A stretch of DNA of 64,000 nt from Sporomusaceae bacterium. Lineage in GTDB: Bacteria > Bacillota > Negativicutes > UBA1444. Location of the stretch: the NCBI GenBank assembly GCA_018434355.1, contig JAHDPL010000031.1, forward strand, positions 567-64,566, given 5' to 3'. Below the pieces are notes generated by a model. It ran no database searches, was not told where the DNA came from, and worked only from the letters and a program-made list of their open reading frames with translations. Below are positions 17,884-28,924 of this stretch, one piece after another. Both the position numbers and the translations under genes were made by a program. Every line of letters starts with the position of its first letter. Within the stretch, counting starts at the first letter, position 1.

Positions 17884-18879
17884 ATGGCTTGGAGACAATG
17901 GCTGCAAGGCTGGCGCGGCGCTTTCCTCTTGTCGGCCTTCGTACTGGGAGTCAGTTTTATCGACTCCGTGCTGAATCGTCCTGAATATCTGTTTCCGCCC
18001 TACTTCAAACATGTATTGCTAATTAGCCTGATTTACAGCATCGCGGCGCTAAGCCTGAACTTTGTTTCCGGCTATATTGGCCAGACTTCGCTGGGACATG
18101 CCGCGTTCTTCGGTCTGGGTGCCTTTACTTCCGCCCTGCTGACGCAGGAGTTGCATTGGCCGTTCTGGCCGGCGTTTTTGGCGGCCGGCGTTGTCTCGGC
18201 TGTTGTCGGCTTGCCGCTTGGCGCGCCGGCGGTGCGGGTGCGCGGACCGTTCCTGGTTGTCGTGACCTACGGCTGCGGCGAAGTATTCAAATACATTGCC
18301 CTCAACCTGGAAGTGACCGGTGGACCGGCCGGCCTGCCCGGTTTGGTGACTCCTTCGCTATTCGTCAGTTTCAATGACATCGGCGCTACCGGCAAAGAGG
18401 CGTTTATTGTGCTTGCCCTGGTATTGGCGCTATTTCTGGCGTTTTTCTCGCGGCGAATCGAAAATTCGCGCGTTGGCCAGGCATTTGCCGCCATCCGCGA
18501 AGATGAAATCGCCGCCTCGGCGATGGGTGTCAATGTAACTTATTACAAATTGCTGGCATTTGTGCTGTCGGCATTCTTTGCCGGACTGGCAGGCAGCCTG
18601 CTGGCGCATTATCTGTCGTTTGTCAGCCCGGACATGCTCAGCTCGGCCGAGTCGATCATGATGCTGACAATGGTCGTCGTCGGCGGCGCCCGCAGCATCC
18701 ATGGCTGCTTCCTTGGCGCTTTCCTGTTGACAATTCTGCCGGAAGCGCTGCGTATGATCAAGGACACGATCGGCCTGCCGTTCGACCCTTGGCTGGTGTT
18801 GTTCGGCCTGATTCTGATTCTGATGATGCGGGTCCGTCCCCAGGGGATCTTGGGCGCCGACACCGTGTTCCGCCGATAA
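17884..18879 (+). CDS. livM: Branched-chain amino-acid ABC permease LivM
   Basis: LSLNFVSGYIGQTSLGHAAFFGLGAF motif. ATG 17884 has a GGGGAGG RBS; the track ORF starts at 17854. Confidence 0.85.
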   Translation: MAWRQWLQGWRGAFLLSAFVLGVSFIDSVLNRPEYLFPPYFKHVLLISLIYSIAALSLNFVSGYIGQTSLGHAAFFGLGAFTSALLTQELHWPFWPAFLAAGVVSAVVGLPLGAPAVRVRGPFLVVVTYGCGEVFKYIALNLEVTGGPAGLPGLVTPSLFVSFNDIGATGKEAFIVLALVLALFLAFFSRRIENSRVGQAFAAIREDEIAASAMGVNVTYYKLLAFVLSAFFAGLAGSLLAHYLSFVSPDMLSSAESIMMLTMVVVGGARSIHGCFLGAFLLTILPEALRMIKDTIGLPFDPWLVLFGLILILMMRVRPQGILGADTVFRR

Positions 18880-18891
18880 GGAGGCTTGGAT

Positions 18892-19654
<763 letters not shown>

Positions 19655-19677
<23 letters not shown>

Positions 19678-20356
19678 TGTATACTACGGTGCGATCCACG
19701 CTGTGCGTAACGTCAGTTTGGAAGTGCATGCCGGCGAGATCGTGTCGATCATCGGCGCTAACGGAGCTGGCAAGTCAACGATTCTGAAAACATTGGTCGG
19801 TTTGCTGCGCAGCAAGACCGGAGAGATCTGCCTGGACGGCAAAAGTATCGCTGATCTGTCGCCTGCGGCAATCGTGCAGCAGGGTATTGCGCTGGTGCCG
19901 GAAGGGCGGCGGGTGTTTCCCCGCCTGTCGGTGGAAGATAACCTGCTGTTGGGCGCTTATGCGCGCAAAGACAACGAAGTGTCCCGCGACATGCAGCGGA
20001 TTTATGAAATGTTTCCCCGCTTGTTTGAGCGCAAGAAACAGAATGCCGGGACTTTGTCAGGCGGCGAGCAGCAGATGCTGGCTACCGGACGCGGCATGAT
20101 GAGCCGACCCCGGCTGCTGCTGCTGGATGAACCGTCGATGGGGTTGGCGCCGCTACTCGTCAATCAGATTTTCGAGACGATTCTTGATATCAACGAACAG
20201 GGAACCACGATCTTGCTGGTGGAACAGAATGCCCATATGGCACTGTCGATCGCCGACCGCGGTTATGTGCTGGAAACCGGCGAAGTGGTGCTGGCAGGGC
20301 AAGCCGAAGAACTGATCGATAATGATGAGGTGCGCTGCGCCTATCTGGGGGAATAG
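19655..20356 (+). CDS. livF: Branched-chain amino-acid ABC ATPase LivF
   Basis: GANGAGKST, LSGGEQQMLATGRGM, LLLLDEPSMGL. I chose TTG 19655 because GAGGGA lies upstream; the track ORF starts at 19565, inside livG. Confidence 0.85.
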
Positions 20357-20359
20357 AGA

Positions 20360-20665
20360 ATGAGAGTGGAAAAACACCCGGTGCTGGGCGACCGCAAGGT
20401 CGGCCGGATGGTAACCATTTCGGTGGACGGGGCCGAAATCGAAGCGGTGGAAGGCGAACCGATCGCCGCCGCACTGCTGGCTCAGGGGATGATCGTGATG
20501 CGCAAGACACCCCGGTTTGGCGAACCGCGCGGTGTCTTTTGCGGTATTGGCCGCTGCACCGACTGTGCGATGACGGTGGATGGCGTGCCCAATGTACGGA
20601 CCTGCGTCACGCCGGTGAAGGCAGGCATGGTCATCACTTCCAACCTGAAAGGGGGCGGTGAGTGA
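20360..20665 (+). CDS. Small [2Fe-2S]-binding subunit (HcnA / sarcosine-oxidase-alpha N-terminal type)
   Basis: Cys cluster FCGIGRCTDCAMTVDGVPNVRTC. Starts 3 nt after the livF stop. Confidence 0.75.
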   Translation: MRVEKHPVLGDRKVGRMVTISVDGAEIEAVEGEPIAAALLAQGMIVMRKTPRFGEPRGVFCGIGRCTDCAMTVDGVPNVRTCVTPVKAGMVITSNLKGGGE

Positions 20666-21792
20666 TGGCAACAGGGCAGACTTTTGATATTGTCGTCGTT
20701 GGCGCCGGTCCAGCCGGGTTGGCAGCAGCGATCGAAGCCGCCAAGCGCGGCGCACGGACGCTGGTGGTCGATGAAAACAACAAGCCGGGCGGGCAGTTGT
20801 TCAAACAGATTCATAAATTTTTCGGCTCGCACGAACACCGGGCCGGTGTGCGCGGCTATGACATCGGTCGGCAGTTGCTGGATGAAGCGGCGAAATGCGG
20901 CGTGGAAGTGTGGTTGGACGCCGTGGTGCACGGCCTGTTTAATCAGCGGCTGGCCGTATTGCGTGAAGGGCGGCAGGTGACGGTGGAAGCCGGACGGATC
21001 ATTTTGGCGACCGGCGCATCGGAGAACGCGGTAGCGTTCCCCGGTTCGACCTTGCCTGGCGTGATGGGAGCCGGCGCGATCCAGACGATGATCAACGTGC
21101 ACCGGGTGTTGCCGGGGAACCGGTTTGTCATGCTGGGTTCCGGCAATGTCGGCCTGATTGTCTGCTATCAGCTGATGCAGGCCGGCGCGGAAGTGCTGGC
21201 GGTGGTGGAAGCCATGCCGTCAATCGGCGGCTACGGTGTGCATGCAGCCAAGATTCGCCGGGCCGGCGTACCGATTTTGGTCGGCACGACGATCAGCCGG
21301 GTGGTTGGCCAGGGTAAAGTCGAATCTGTCGTACTGGCGACATTGGGGCCGGATGGCAAGATCGATCCGCAGTCTGAACGGACGCTGGCCGCCGATACGG
21401 TTGGATTGGCCGTCGGCCTGACACCGCTGACTGAACTGGCCTGGATGGCCGGCTGCGAGTTTTTCTTTTCACCCAAGCTCGGCGGCCATTTGCCGCTGCA
21501 TGATGATAATATGCTGACCAGCTTGCCTTACTTATATGTGGCCGGCGATATCACCGGCGTGGAAGAAGCCTCGACCGCGATGGAAGAGGGCCGGCTGGCA
21601 GGGATTGCTGCCGCCGAGTCGCTGGGATTGTTGGCGGCGGCTGCCGCAGCGGCCGACAAGGCTGCCGTCCGGCAGCGGATTGATGTGCTGCGGTCCGGCC
21701 CGTTCGGCGAAGGCCGGCGGCTGGCCAAGGCGGAAATTTTGCAGCAGCAGGCGCTGCGGTCTCGGCAAGGAGGACAATCATGGAAGGCGTAA
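20662..21792 (+). CDS. FAD/NAD(P)-binding pyridine-nucleotide-disulfide-type oxidoreductase subunit (HcnB/OoxA/PdhA-like)
   Basis: Two Rossmann motifs (VVVGAGPAGLAAA and VMLGSGNVGL) and the C-terminal YVAGDITG motif. Overlaps the upstream stop (GTGATG). Confidence 0.8.
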   Translation: MMATGQTFDIVVVGAGPAGLAAAIEAAKRGARTLVVDENNKPGGQLFKQIHKFFGSHEHRAGVRGYDIGRQLLDEAAKCGVEVWLDAVVHGLFNQRLAVLREGRQVTVEAGRIILATGASENAVAFPGSTLPGVMGAGAIQTMINVHRVLPGNRFVMLGSGNVGLIVCYQLMQAGAEVLAVVEAMPSIGGYGVHAAKIRRAGVPILVGTTISRVVGQGKVESVVLATLGPDGKIDPQSERTLAADTVGLAVGLTPLTELAWMAGCEFFFSPKLGGHLPLHDDNMLTSLPYLYVAGDITGVEEASTAMEEGRLAGIAAAESLGLLAAAAAAADKAAVRQRIDVLRSGPFGEGRRLAKAEILQQQALRSRQGGQSWKA

Positions 21793-22544
21793 AATTGACC
21801 GGCGCGCTGAGCGCCGCTGAAGCAGCGAGTGTGTTTCCGCCAAACGAGCGAGCCGAGCGGGGGCCGGTCGCCGTGATCGAATGTGTGCAGCAGATTCCCT
21901 GTAACCCCTGTGAAAAAGCCTGTCCGTTCGGTGCGATCGAAGTAGGACCCGACATCACCAACCTGCCTCGGCTGGATCTCGACAAGTGCCAGGGTTGCGG
22001 TTTGTGTCTGAGCAAATGCCCGGGGCTGGCGATTTTTCTGGTCGATGCGTCGAAATCGGCAACCGAAGCCCTGGTGATGTTTCCCTACGAATACCTGCCG
22101 CTGCCCGCAGCGGATGAAATTGTCGACGGGGTCGACCGCACCGGCCGGTTCGTTACAAAAGCCCGCGTGGTCAAGGTCGACACAGGGGCGCAGCGGGAAG
22201 GCACTGCGATTGTGACGCTGGCCGTGCCAAAACAATATATGCATGACGTGCGCAGTATGCGCCTGGTCGCGCCGGGCGAGGTGTTCCTCTGCCGCTGCTG
22301 CGAAGTTTCGGAGACCGAAGTGCGGCAAGCCGTGCGCGAAGGCGCAAAAACGGTGGTTGCCGTGAAAATGCGCACCCGGGCCGGCATGGGACTGTGCCAG
22401 GGCCGCACCTGCCGCCGCCTGATCAGCCGGGTGATCGCCGAAGAGACCGGCCAGTCGCCGGCTGATATTCTGCCGCCGACCAGTCGCGCCCCGGTGAGGA
22501 CGTTGTCGCTGGAAGCGCTGGCCGGGGGTGACGACAATGAGTAA
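21780..22544 (+). CDS. Ferredoxin-like subunit: 2x[4Fe-4S] domain plus BFD-like [2Fe-2S] domain
   Basis: CNPCEKACP and CQGCGLCLSKCP motifs. CRCCEVSETEV...GLCQGRTC is BFD-like. Overlaps both neighbours. Confidence 0.75.
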   Translation: MEGVKLTGALSAAEAASVFPPNERAERGPVAVIECVQQIPCNPCEKACPFGAIEVGPDITNLPRLDLDKCQGCGLCLSKCPGLAIFLVDASKSATEALVMFPYEYLPLPAADEIVDGVDRTGRFVTKARVVKVDTGAQREGTAIVTLAVPKQYMHDVRSMRLVAPGEVFLCRCCEVSETEVRQAVREGAKTVVAVKMRTRAGMGLCQGRTCRRLISRVIAEETGQSPADILPPTSRAPVRTLSLEALAGGDDNE

Positions 22545-23649
22545 CAAGGCGGAAGTGATTGTCATTGGCGGCGGTGTCATCGGCACGTCGGTCGCCTACT
22601 ATGCGGCCAAAGCAGGCAAGCGGGTCGTACTGCTGGACCGGGGCGACATTGCCGCCGGGACCTCCGGCGCTTGCGACGGGTTTATCATCATGCAGTCAAA
22701 GAATCCGGGGCCGCATCTGGACCTGGCGATGCAAAGCGCGGCGCTATACCGGACGCTAGCGGCGGAACTGGACTATGACATCGAATACATGCCCTGCGGC
22801 GGCATGATTGTGGCGGAATCGGAAAAACAGGCCCAGCTGCTGCAAGGTCTGATTGCCAAGCAAAAACAGGCCGGCCTGCAGGTCGAGCTGTTGCCGATCG
22901 CCCAGGCGCGGCAATCGGAGCCGCTGCTGGCGGCAGACCTCTGGGGCGCAGCATACTGCGCCAACGACGCCCAGGTCAATCCGATCCGGCTGGCGCAGGG
23001 CTTTGCCCAGGCGGCGCGTCGGCTCGGTGCGCAGATCCGTCCCGGCGTCGAAGTACAGGCGCTGCTGGAGGAAAATGGCCGCGTCTGCGGCGTGAAAACC
23101 GGACAGGGAGAGCTGCGGGCTGACTATGTGGTCAATGCGACCGGCGTCTGGGCGCCGACACTGTTGTCGCCGTTCGGCATCGAGCTGCCGATCAAGCCGC
23201 GTCGCGGCCAGATTTTGGTTACCGAACCGTTGCCGCCGATGCTGAATCATGTCCTGCTGTGCGCCTGCTACCTGATTGCCAAGTATCACCCGGAAGAGCT
23301 GGACCCGACGGATCGTCAGCATCGGCTGGGCGTCGGACTGGCGGTCGAGCAGACGGCGCATGGCAGCCTGCTGATCGGCAGCACCCGTGAGTTCGCCGGT
23401 TTTGACCGCAAAACGACGCTGGCGGGAATCGAGGCGGTGGCGCAGCATGCCCGGCGGATTTTGCCGGCGCTGGCCAAAGTGAACATTATCCGGACTTTTG
23501 CCGGCCTGCGGCCGCACACGCCGGATGGGTTGCCGATCCTGGGGCCGGTGGAGGGGTTGCCGGGACTGATTATGGCGGCAGGGCACGAAGGCGACGGCAT
23601 CGCGCTGGCGCCGATCACCGGCCAGAAAGTGGCGGAGTATCTGAAATAG
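22537..23649 (+). CDS. FAD-dependent amine/amino-acid oxidoreductase (DAO family; HcnC/OoxB/sarcosine-oxidase-beta-like)
   Basis: VIVIGGGVIGTSVAYY dinucleotide motif, C-terminal AAGHEGDGIALAP. ATG 22537 overlaps the upstream stop; the track ORF starts at 22528. Confidence 0.8.
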   Translation: MSNKAEVIVIGGGVIGTSVAYYAAKAGKRVVLLDRGDIAAGTSGACDGFIIMQSKNPGPHLDLAMQSAALYRTLAAELDYDIEYMPCGGMIVAESEKQAQLLQGLIAKQKQAGLQVELLPIAQARQSEPLLAADLWGAAYCANDAQVNPIRLAQGFAQAARRLGAQIRPGVEVQALLEENGRVCGVKTGQGELRADYVVNATGVWAPTLLSPFGIELPIKPRRGQILVTEPLPPMLNHVLLCACYLIAKYHPEELDPTDRQHRLGVGLAVEQTAHGSLLIGSTREFAGFDRKTTLAGIEAVAQHARRILPALAKVNIIRTFAGLRPHTPDGLPILGPVEGLPGLIMAAGHEGDGIALAPITGQKVAEYLK

Positions 23650-23913
23650 AGTTTTGCGACAACAAGCAAGCACTGAATAATTCCGCGCATTGTTGTTTTC
23701 ACCTAAATTCGTAGCGTCATGCAGCAACTACCAAACGGACTAAACTGCTTCATCCGTCGCATTAGTCCTAAAATCAACGTCCATGTTGATTTTCTCGCAA
23801 TTCATCGCTGCATGACGACGAATTATACGGTTCAAATCAAAGATGCGCTTCATTATTTCAGTGCTTCCTCCCATTTTCGTGTCTCATCCATCATTTCCAC
23901 AAGAATAAAATTA

Positions 23914-23959
23914 AACGGGGCTGTGCGAGAACTCATTGAGAGTCTTGCACAGCCCCGTT
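23914..23959. terminator. Strong bidirectional terminator
   Basis: AACGGGGCTGTGC...GCACAGCCCCGTT with T-rich flanks on both strands. Lies 21 nt beyond the stop of the minus-strand dctM. Confidence 0.85.
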
Positions 23960-23979
23960 GATTTTATTCAGTTCTTCCC

Positions 23980-25257
23980 TTATTTATTGAACACCAGATT
24001 CGGCAGGAACAGCGTGACTTGCGGCACAAAACTGACCAACATCAAAACGATGAAGCTGACAGCGATAAACGGAATCAATGCGACCGACAACCGGCCAACC
24101 GAAATCCTGGCGATTGAGGAAGCCACGAACAGGCACACGCCGACCGGCGGCGTCGTCAGGCCGATGACCAGATTCAGCACGCACATGATTGCAAACTGGA
24201 TCGGGTCGATGCCAAGGGCGATGGCCGGCTTCAACAGAATCGGCATCAGGATCATCAGCGCAGCGATCGTTTCCATGAACATGCCGACAAACACCAGCAA
24301 GATGTTAACCAGGATAATATAGCCGGTCGGGCCGCTGGAAATGCTCAGCATCGCCTGCGTGACCATCAGCGGGATCTCTTCGCTGGTCAGAATCCAGGCG
24401 AAGACATTGGCGAAACCGACCAGCACCATCAGCGAAGCGGTCGTTACCGCCGAGTCGAAGATGATTTTGGGCAGTGCCGATAGTTTCAGCTCGCCATAGA
24501 CAAAGAAACCGACGATCAGTGCGTAAAATACGGCGATCATTGCAGCTTCAGTCGGGGTAAAGAAGCCGCCCATGATGCCGCCGAGAATGATCAGTGTCAT
24601 CAGAATCGCCCAGAACGCGCTGAAAAAGCTGCGTACCACTTCACGGAAAGGCAGCCGGTCTTCTTTGGGATGATTGCGTTTGACGGAGATGAGATAAGAA
24701 ACGATGCCGAGGCCGAAGCCGAGCAACAGACCGGGAATGATGCCGGCGACAAACAGGCGACTGACTGACAGGCCGGTTACGGTACCGGCGATGACCATCG
24801 GCAGGCTGGGCGGAATGATCGGGCCGACCGTCGAGGACGAAGCGGTGACGGCAGCCGAGAACTCAGCGTCATAACCGCGTTTGATCATGGCCGGGATCAT
24901 CACCGAGCCGATGCTGACCGTGTCGGAGATTGCGGTGCCGCTGATCCCGGCGAATACCATCGAAGAGCCGACATTGGCCAGGCCGAGGCCGCCGCGGACA
25001 TGGCCGATCAGCGCCATGCAGAAGTGGATGATCCGGTCGGTGATGCCGCCGACATTCATCAGGTTGCCAGCCAGGATGAAGCCGGGCACGCACAGGATGA
25101 CGAAGGAATCGATGCCGGAAAACATCCGTTCCGGCAGGATGCTGAGCGGAATGTCGGAGAACAGGATGTAGATGAAAGAAGAGAAGCCCAGACTGAAGGC
25201 GATCGGCATACGCAAAACGATACAGGCCAAAAAGACGACAAACAGTACGACGACCAT
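23980..25257 (-). CDS. dctM: TRAP transporter large permease (DctM family), second system
   Basis: The polytopic DctM-like sequence starts MVVVLFVVFLACIVLRMPIAF. ATG 25257 overlaps the dctQ stop (ATGA); the track ORF extends to 25401. Confidence 0.85.
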   Translation of the reverse strand: MVVVLFVVFLACIVLRMPIAFSLGFSSFIYILFSDIPLSILPERMFSGIDSFVILCVPGFILAGNLMNVGGITDRIIHFCMALIGHVRGGLGLANVGSSMVFAGISGTAISDTVSIGSVMIPAMIKRGYDAEFSAAVTASSSTVGPIIPPSLPMVIAGTVTGLSVSRLFVAGIIPGLLLGFGLGIVSYLISVKRNHPKEDRLPFREVVRSFFSAFWAILMTLIILGGIMGGFFTPTEAAMIAVFYALIVGFFVYGELKLSALPKIIFDSAVTTASLMVLVGFANVFAWILTSEEIPLMVTQAMLSISSGPTGYIILVNILLVFVGMFMETIAALMILMPILLKPAIALGIDPIQFAIMCVLNLVIGLTTPPVGVCLFVASSIARISVGRLSVALIPFIAVSFIVLMLVSFVPQVTLFLPNLVFNK

Positions 25258-25766
25258 CAGCGCACCTCCCCCAGCTGTTCTTCGGTCGCATCGATGTGAT
25301 GCGGGTAACGGCTGATCCTGCGCCAGATCAGTTGCAGCAGGTAGATCGTCAACATCAGCGTCTGCAGCCAGATCGCCACATAGAACACCGCCATCGGCCA
25401 TTGCAGGGCGGCCGAGGTATGGCCTTTGACCGCGAACATCAGTTTGGCGGCTTCATAAGTCAAGGTAGCAGTGAATCCTGCCAGCAGACAGTCGATCAGG
25501 ATCGCCAACAGGACGCGCAGCCTTAGGGGCAAGTGATTGATGAAAGAATCGACATCGACATAGGCCCGCTCGCGCACGGCCGGGCCGGCGGCAAAAGCCA
25601 CGCACCAGATGAAGCAGAGCCGGGAGGCTTCCTCGGTCCAGGCAGGGACGACCGGCATGGCGACACGGGCGAACACCTGCAACAGCACGACGGCGACCAG
25701 CGCCAACATGCTGAGAATTGAACCGGCCCAAAGAAAGCGGTCTAAAAAAATGAAGAAATATTTCAC
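25257..25766 (-). CDS. dctQ: TRAP transporter small permease (DctQ family), second system
   Basis: GTG 25766 is preceded by AAGGGGGA. About 169 aa with four TM helices; the track ORF extends to 25868. Confidence 0.75.
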   Translation of the reverse strand: MKYFFIFLDRFLWAGSILSMLALVAVVLLQVFARVAMPVVPAWTEEASRLCFIWCVAFAAGPAVRERAYVDVDSFINHLPLRLRVLLAILIDCLLAGFTATLTYEAAKLMFAVKGHTSAALQWPMAVFYVAIWLQTLMLTIYLLQLIWRRISRYPHHIDATEEQLGEVR

Positions 25767-25895
25767 GGGAATCCCCCTTGTTCGCAAAGCATAGTGGCAA
25801 TCGGGCCAACCGAATGAACGAAACTTTAACAGATTACTAAAGGAGAGGGCGTGCGGCGAAGTTCGCACGCACGCCCTAAAACCGTTTGACTAAGA

Positions 25896-26915
25896 CTATT
25901 TCATGTTGACGACTTTGTTGTAAAGAGCTTTTTGGTCGGCGTCGAATTTGGCCAGAACAGCATCTTTCGACTTGGCTTGGAAGGCGGCGATGTCAACATC
26001 GACAAAGGTCATTTTGCTCTTCAGGAAGGTTTCCAGTTCTTTTTCACCTTTGAGGAACAGTTCGTTCTCATACTTTTGCATTTCTTTGCCGGCGTCCAGA
26101 ACGACTTTCTGCAGATCGGGCGGCAGCGAAGCAAAGCGCTTTTCGCCGATGCAGACATAGATCCAGGAACGGACATGGCCGGTTTTGTTGAGGAATTTTT
26201 GCACTTCAAAGAAGTTGGCGCTGCGAATCAGGGCGTAGGGGTTTTCCTGACCGTCGATGGTTCCCTGTTGCAGGCTGGTGAAGACTTCCGAGAACGCCAT
26301 TGGGATCGGCTTGGCGCCGAGCGCCTGCCAGGTGTCGACGAACAACGGTACGTTGGGAACGCGAACTTTGAGGCCGTTCAGATCGGCCGGGGTCTTGATC
26401 GGGCGGTTGGAAGTCAGATCGCGCGGGCCGCGCTCAAAATAGCCGATAGTGCGCAGCTTTACTTTTTCGAGGACCTGGGCTTCGATTTCCTTGCCGACTT
26501 CGCCGCCGGCGACTTTATGCAATTGAGCCGAATCTTTCAGCAGGTAGGGCGTGGCCATCAAAATGGTTTTGCTGGCGCCGAAGGTCGTGAGGGTTTCGCC
26601 GAAGATGCCGATGTCGGCGGTGCCATTCTGAATGCTGGTGACCAGGTCTTTTTCCTTGCCAAGCTGTTCGTTCGGGTAGACTCTGACTTCAAGACGGCCA
26701 TTGGAATTCTTTTCGACGAGTTCCTTGAACTTGAGGGCGCCGAGGTGCCAGGTGTTCTTTTCGTCCGCGAGGTGGCCAAACTTCAGGGTGATCTTCTCCG
26801 GCGCCTTGGCGGGAGCGGGCGCTGCGGCTTTTTTGTCGCCACCGCCGCAACCTGCGGACAACAGGAGTGCGAAGCCGAGGGCGGCTACGCCGACGAGTTT
26901 GAGCGCTTGTTTCAT
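25896..26915 (-). CDS. dctP: TRAP substrate-binding lipoprotein (DctP family), second system
   Basis: Lipobox LSAGCGG. FSEVFTSLQQGTIDGQENP motif. Confidence 0.85.
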   Translation of the reverse strand: MKQALKLVGVAALGFALLLSAGCGGGDKKAAAPAPAKAPEKITLKFGHLADEKNTWHLGALKFKELVEKNSNGRLEVRVYPNEQLGKEKDLVTSIQNGTADIGIFGETLTTFGASKTILMATPYLLKDSAQLHKVAGGEVGKEIEAQVLEKVKLRTIGYFERGPRDLTSNRPIKTPADLNGLKVRVPNVPLFVDTWQALGAKPIPMAFSEVFTSLQQGTIDGQENPYALIRSANFFEVQKFLNKTGHVRSWIYVCIGEKRFASLPPDLQKVVLDAGKEMQKYENELFLKGEKELETFLKSKMTFVDVDIAAFQAKSKDAVLAKFDADQKALYNKVVNMK

Positions 26916-27011
26916 AGTGTCACGATCCTTTCCTGTTTGGTTTTGGAACTGGCCCTTTCGATTCTATCTGGTAATTCGATTTAGTTAACAAAAATCCTGC
27001 TAATTGGCGGA

Positions 27012-28091
27012 TTATTTCCGGCAATTTTGTTTATTCAGGGTATCCCAAATGCCGTGCAAATACATGATGCCGAGGCCGCGATCATACAGGCCATAGCCGG
27101 GTCGTCCGGTTTCGCCCCAGATCATTCGGCCGTGATCGGGACGCAGCGGGCCGGAGAAGCCGATGTCCCAGTAGGCTTGCATGATTTCGACGATATCCAG
27201 CGATCCGTCGTCGGTTTTGTGCGAAGACTCGGCAAACACGCCTGGCTGATGAATTTTGATGTTGCGGACATGGCCGAAGTGCAACCGGCCTTGCTTGCCA
27301 AAATGCCGAATGATCGCCGGGATGTCGTTGGCAGGGTTGGCGCCGAGCGAGCCGCTGCAGAGGGTCAGGCCGTTGCTGGGGCTGTCGACCAGGTCGATGA
27401 TGCGTTGTAGATTGGCCTGACAAGTCGTGATGCGCGGCAGGCCGAACACCGACCAGGGCGGGTCGTCAGGGTGGATTGCCAGCTTGATGCCGCAGGTCTC
27501 GGCGACAGGAATGATTGCCCGCAAAAAATAGCCAAGGTTGTCGAACAGCGCAGCTTCGTCAATGTGCTTGTACTTGTCGAACAGCAGCTGGAGCGACTGC
27601 AGGCGGTCTTTTTCCCAACCTGTCAGCATGACCCCCTTGGCGTCCTGTTCCATTTTTGCGGCCATTTTTTCCGGCGTCAGTTCGCGCAGCACCCGCGCGT
27701 CATAGGCAAGCACCTGTGAGCCGTCCGGCAGGGTCTTGGCCAGTTCGGTACGGGTCCAGTCGAACACCGGCATGAAGTTGTAGCAGACGACGTTGATGCC
27801 TACCTGGGCCAGGTTTTGCAAAGTCTGAATGTAATTTTCAATGTAGCGGTCGCGGGCCGGTCCACCAAGTTTGATTTCCTCATGCACATTGACGCTTTCG
27901 ATTGTTTCCAGTTGCAGACCAGCGGATTCAACTTCTTGCTTGAGGGCAAAGATTTTTTCTAGTGGCCAGACTTCACCGACCGGCACATCGAACAAGGCGC
28001 CGACAATATGATGCACGCCGGGAATCTGGCGAACATACTGCAAGGGATAGGATTCGTTCTGCTGACCGTACCAGCGGAAGGACATTTTCAT
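27012..28091 (-). CDS. uxuA: Mannonate dehydratase
   Basis: MKMSFRWYGQQNESYPLQYVRQIPGVHHIVGAL is a typical UxuA N-terminus; 359 aa. Confidence 0.85.
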   Translation of the reverse strand: MKMSFRWYGQQNESYPLQYVRQIPGVHHIVGALFDVPVGEVWPLEKIFALKQEVESAGLQLETIESVNVHEEIKLGGPARDRYIENYIQTLQNLAQVGINVVCYNFMPVFDWTRTELAKTLPDGSQVLAYDARVLRELTPEKMAAKMEQDAKGVMLTGWEKDRLQSLQLLFDKYKHIDEAALFDNLGYFLRAIIPVAETCGIKLAIHPDDPPWSVFGLPRITTCQANLQRIIDLVDSPSNGLTLCSGSLGANPANDIPAIIRHFGKQGRLHFGHVRNIKIHQPGVFAESSHKTDDGSLDIVEIMQAYWDIGFSGPLRPDHGRMIWGETGRPGYGLYDRGLGIMYLHGIWDTLNKQNCRK

Positions 28092-28095
28092 CGGG

Positions 28096-28914
28096 TCAGT
28101 CCTCCACGAACCTTACGTCCAGAGGCTTGCGGTCCGGCCAGCGCGGGAATTTGAACTCGGGATAGCCGACCATGATCGCGCCGCTCAGCTGGCGCCCAGC
28201 AGGGATATCCAGCAACTTCAGCAAGGGCGCATGGCCTCCGTAGGCCGCCGATTCCAGCAGGCCGGCCCAGCAGCTGCCGAGGCCCAGCGCCGGAGCGTAC
28301 AGTTCAGCGTAAGCCAGTGTGAAATGGCTGTTTTCGCGGGCGCGGACGAAACTGGCGTCGGCAGTCGCCAACACCAGACAGGGGGCGCTTCGCAAGATCG
28401 AGTCGCGTCCAGTTTTGCGGTACATCGCGGCGTATTGTGCATACACTTTGGCCGCAGCAACGCCCTGCTCGACTTGCTGCTCCATCCAGGCGACGGTTTC
28501 TGCGGTGATCTGCTCCAGCACAGCTCGATTCTCGATGACCTGGTAGCCGATGCCCTGCGAGTTGCCGCCGCTGGGGGCCAGCCGGGCCAGATCGAGCAGT
28601 TGCAGCAACTTGGAGCGTTCGACCGGCGTTTGCTTGAAGCAGCGGATCGAGCGACGCGACCGCAGGAACTGGTAAGCCGCCTCCGCCGTAAAAGTTTGCT
28701 TGGGGGCTGCGGTTTGTCCGGCCAGCGGCGCCAGGCGGTTGTCGAGGGCGGCGACCGGACAGACGGCTACGCACTGGCCGCAGGCGATACAAAGCTCCTC
28801 GACCTGCGACTTCGGCCACTGTTCCTCCAGATGGATCAGTCCGCGCGGGCAGACCGCTGCGCAGCGGCCGCAGCGGATGCAAAGCGAGTGGTCAACCGTA
28901 ATCAGGTCCATCAT
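28096..28914 (-). CDS. Ferredoxin-domain/nitroreductase-family fusion protein
   Basis: CIRCGRCAAVCP and CIACGQCVAVCP, followed by a nitroreductase-like region (RRSIRCFK...). Confidence 0.75.
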   Translation of the reverse strand: MMDLITVDHSLCIRCGRCAAVCPRGLIHLEEQWPKSQVEELCIACGQCVAVCPVAALDNRLAPLAGQTAAPKQTFTAEAAYQFLRSRRSIRCFKQTPVERSKLLQLLDLARLAPSGGNSQGIGYQVIENRAVLEQITAETVAWMEQQVEQGVAAAKVYAQYAAMYRKTGRDSILRSAPCLVLATADASFVRARENSHFTLAYAELYAPALGLGSCWAGLLESAAYGGHAPLLKLLDIPAGRQLSGAIMVGYPEFKFPRWPDRKPLDVRFVED

Positions 28915-28924
28915 TTACACATCC

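Noticed and set aside
20153-23727. Several long minus-strand ORFs (20153-20755, 20482-21102, 21528-22586, 22756-23727) opposite the livF/oxidase genes.
   Set aside because: They are antisense to genes with unambiguous cofactor motifs. The products are Arg/Pro/His-rich and low-complexity with no recognisable domains or RBSs.
23719-23961. An 80-aa plus-strand ORF in the AT-richer spacer after the oxidase operon, and a 37-aa minus-strand ORF (23740-23853, MKRIFDLNRIIRRHAAMNCEKINMDVDFRTNATDEAV).
   Set aside because: The plus-strand ORF has no RBS and runs through the bidirectional terminator stem. The minus-strand mini-ORF has a GGGAGGAAG motif, but 12 nt from the ATG, and sits downstream of a strong terminator. 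There is too little evidence to call either.
25932-26984. A 350-aa plus-strand ORF opposite the dctP gene. The same applies to 32700-33632 (-), 35357-36028 (+), 36383-37381 (+) and 56764-58287 (-).
   Set aside because: These are shadow ORFs overlapping confidently called genes, with no independent coding evidence.
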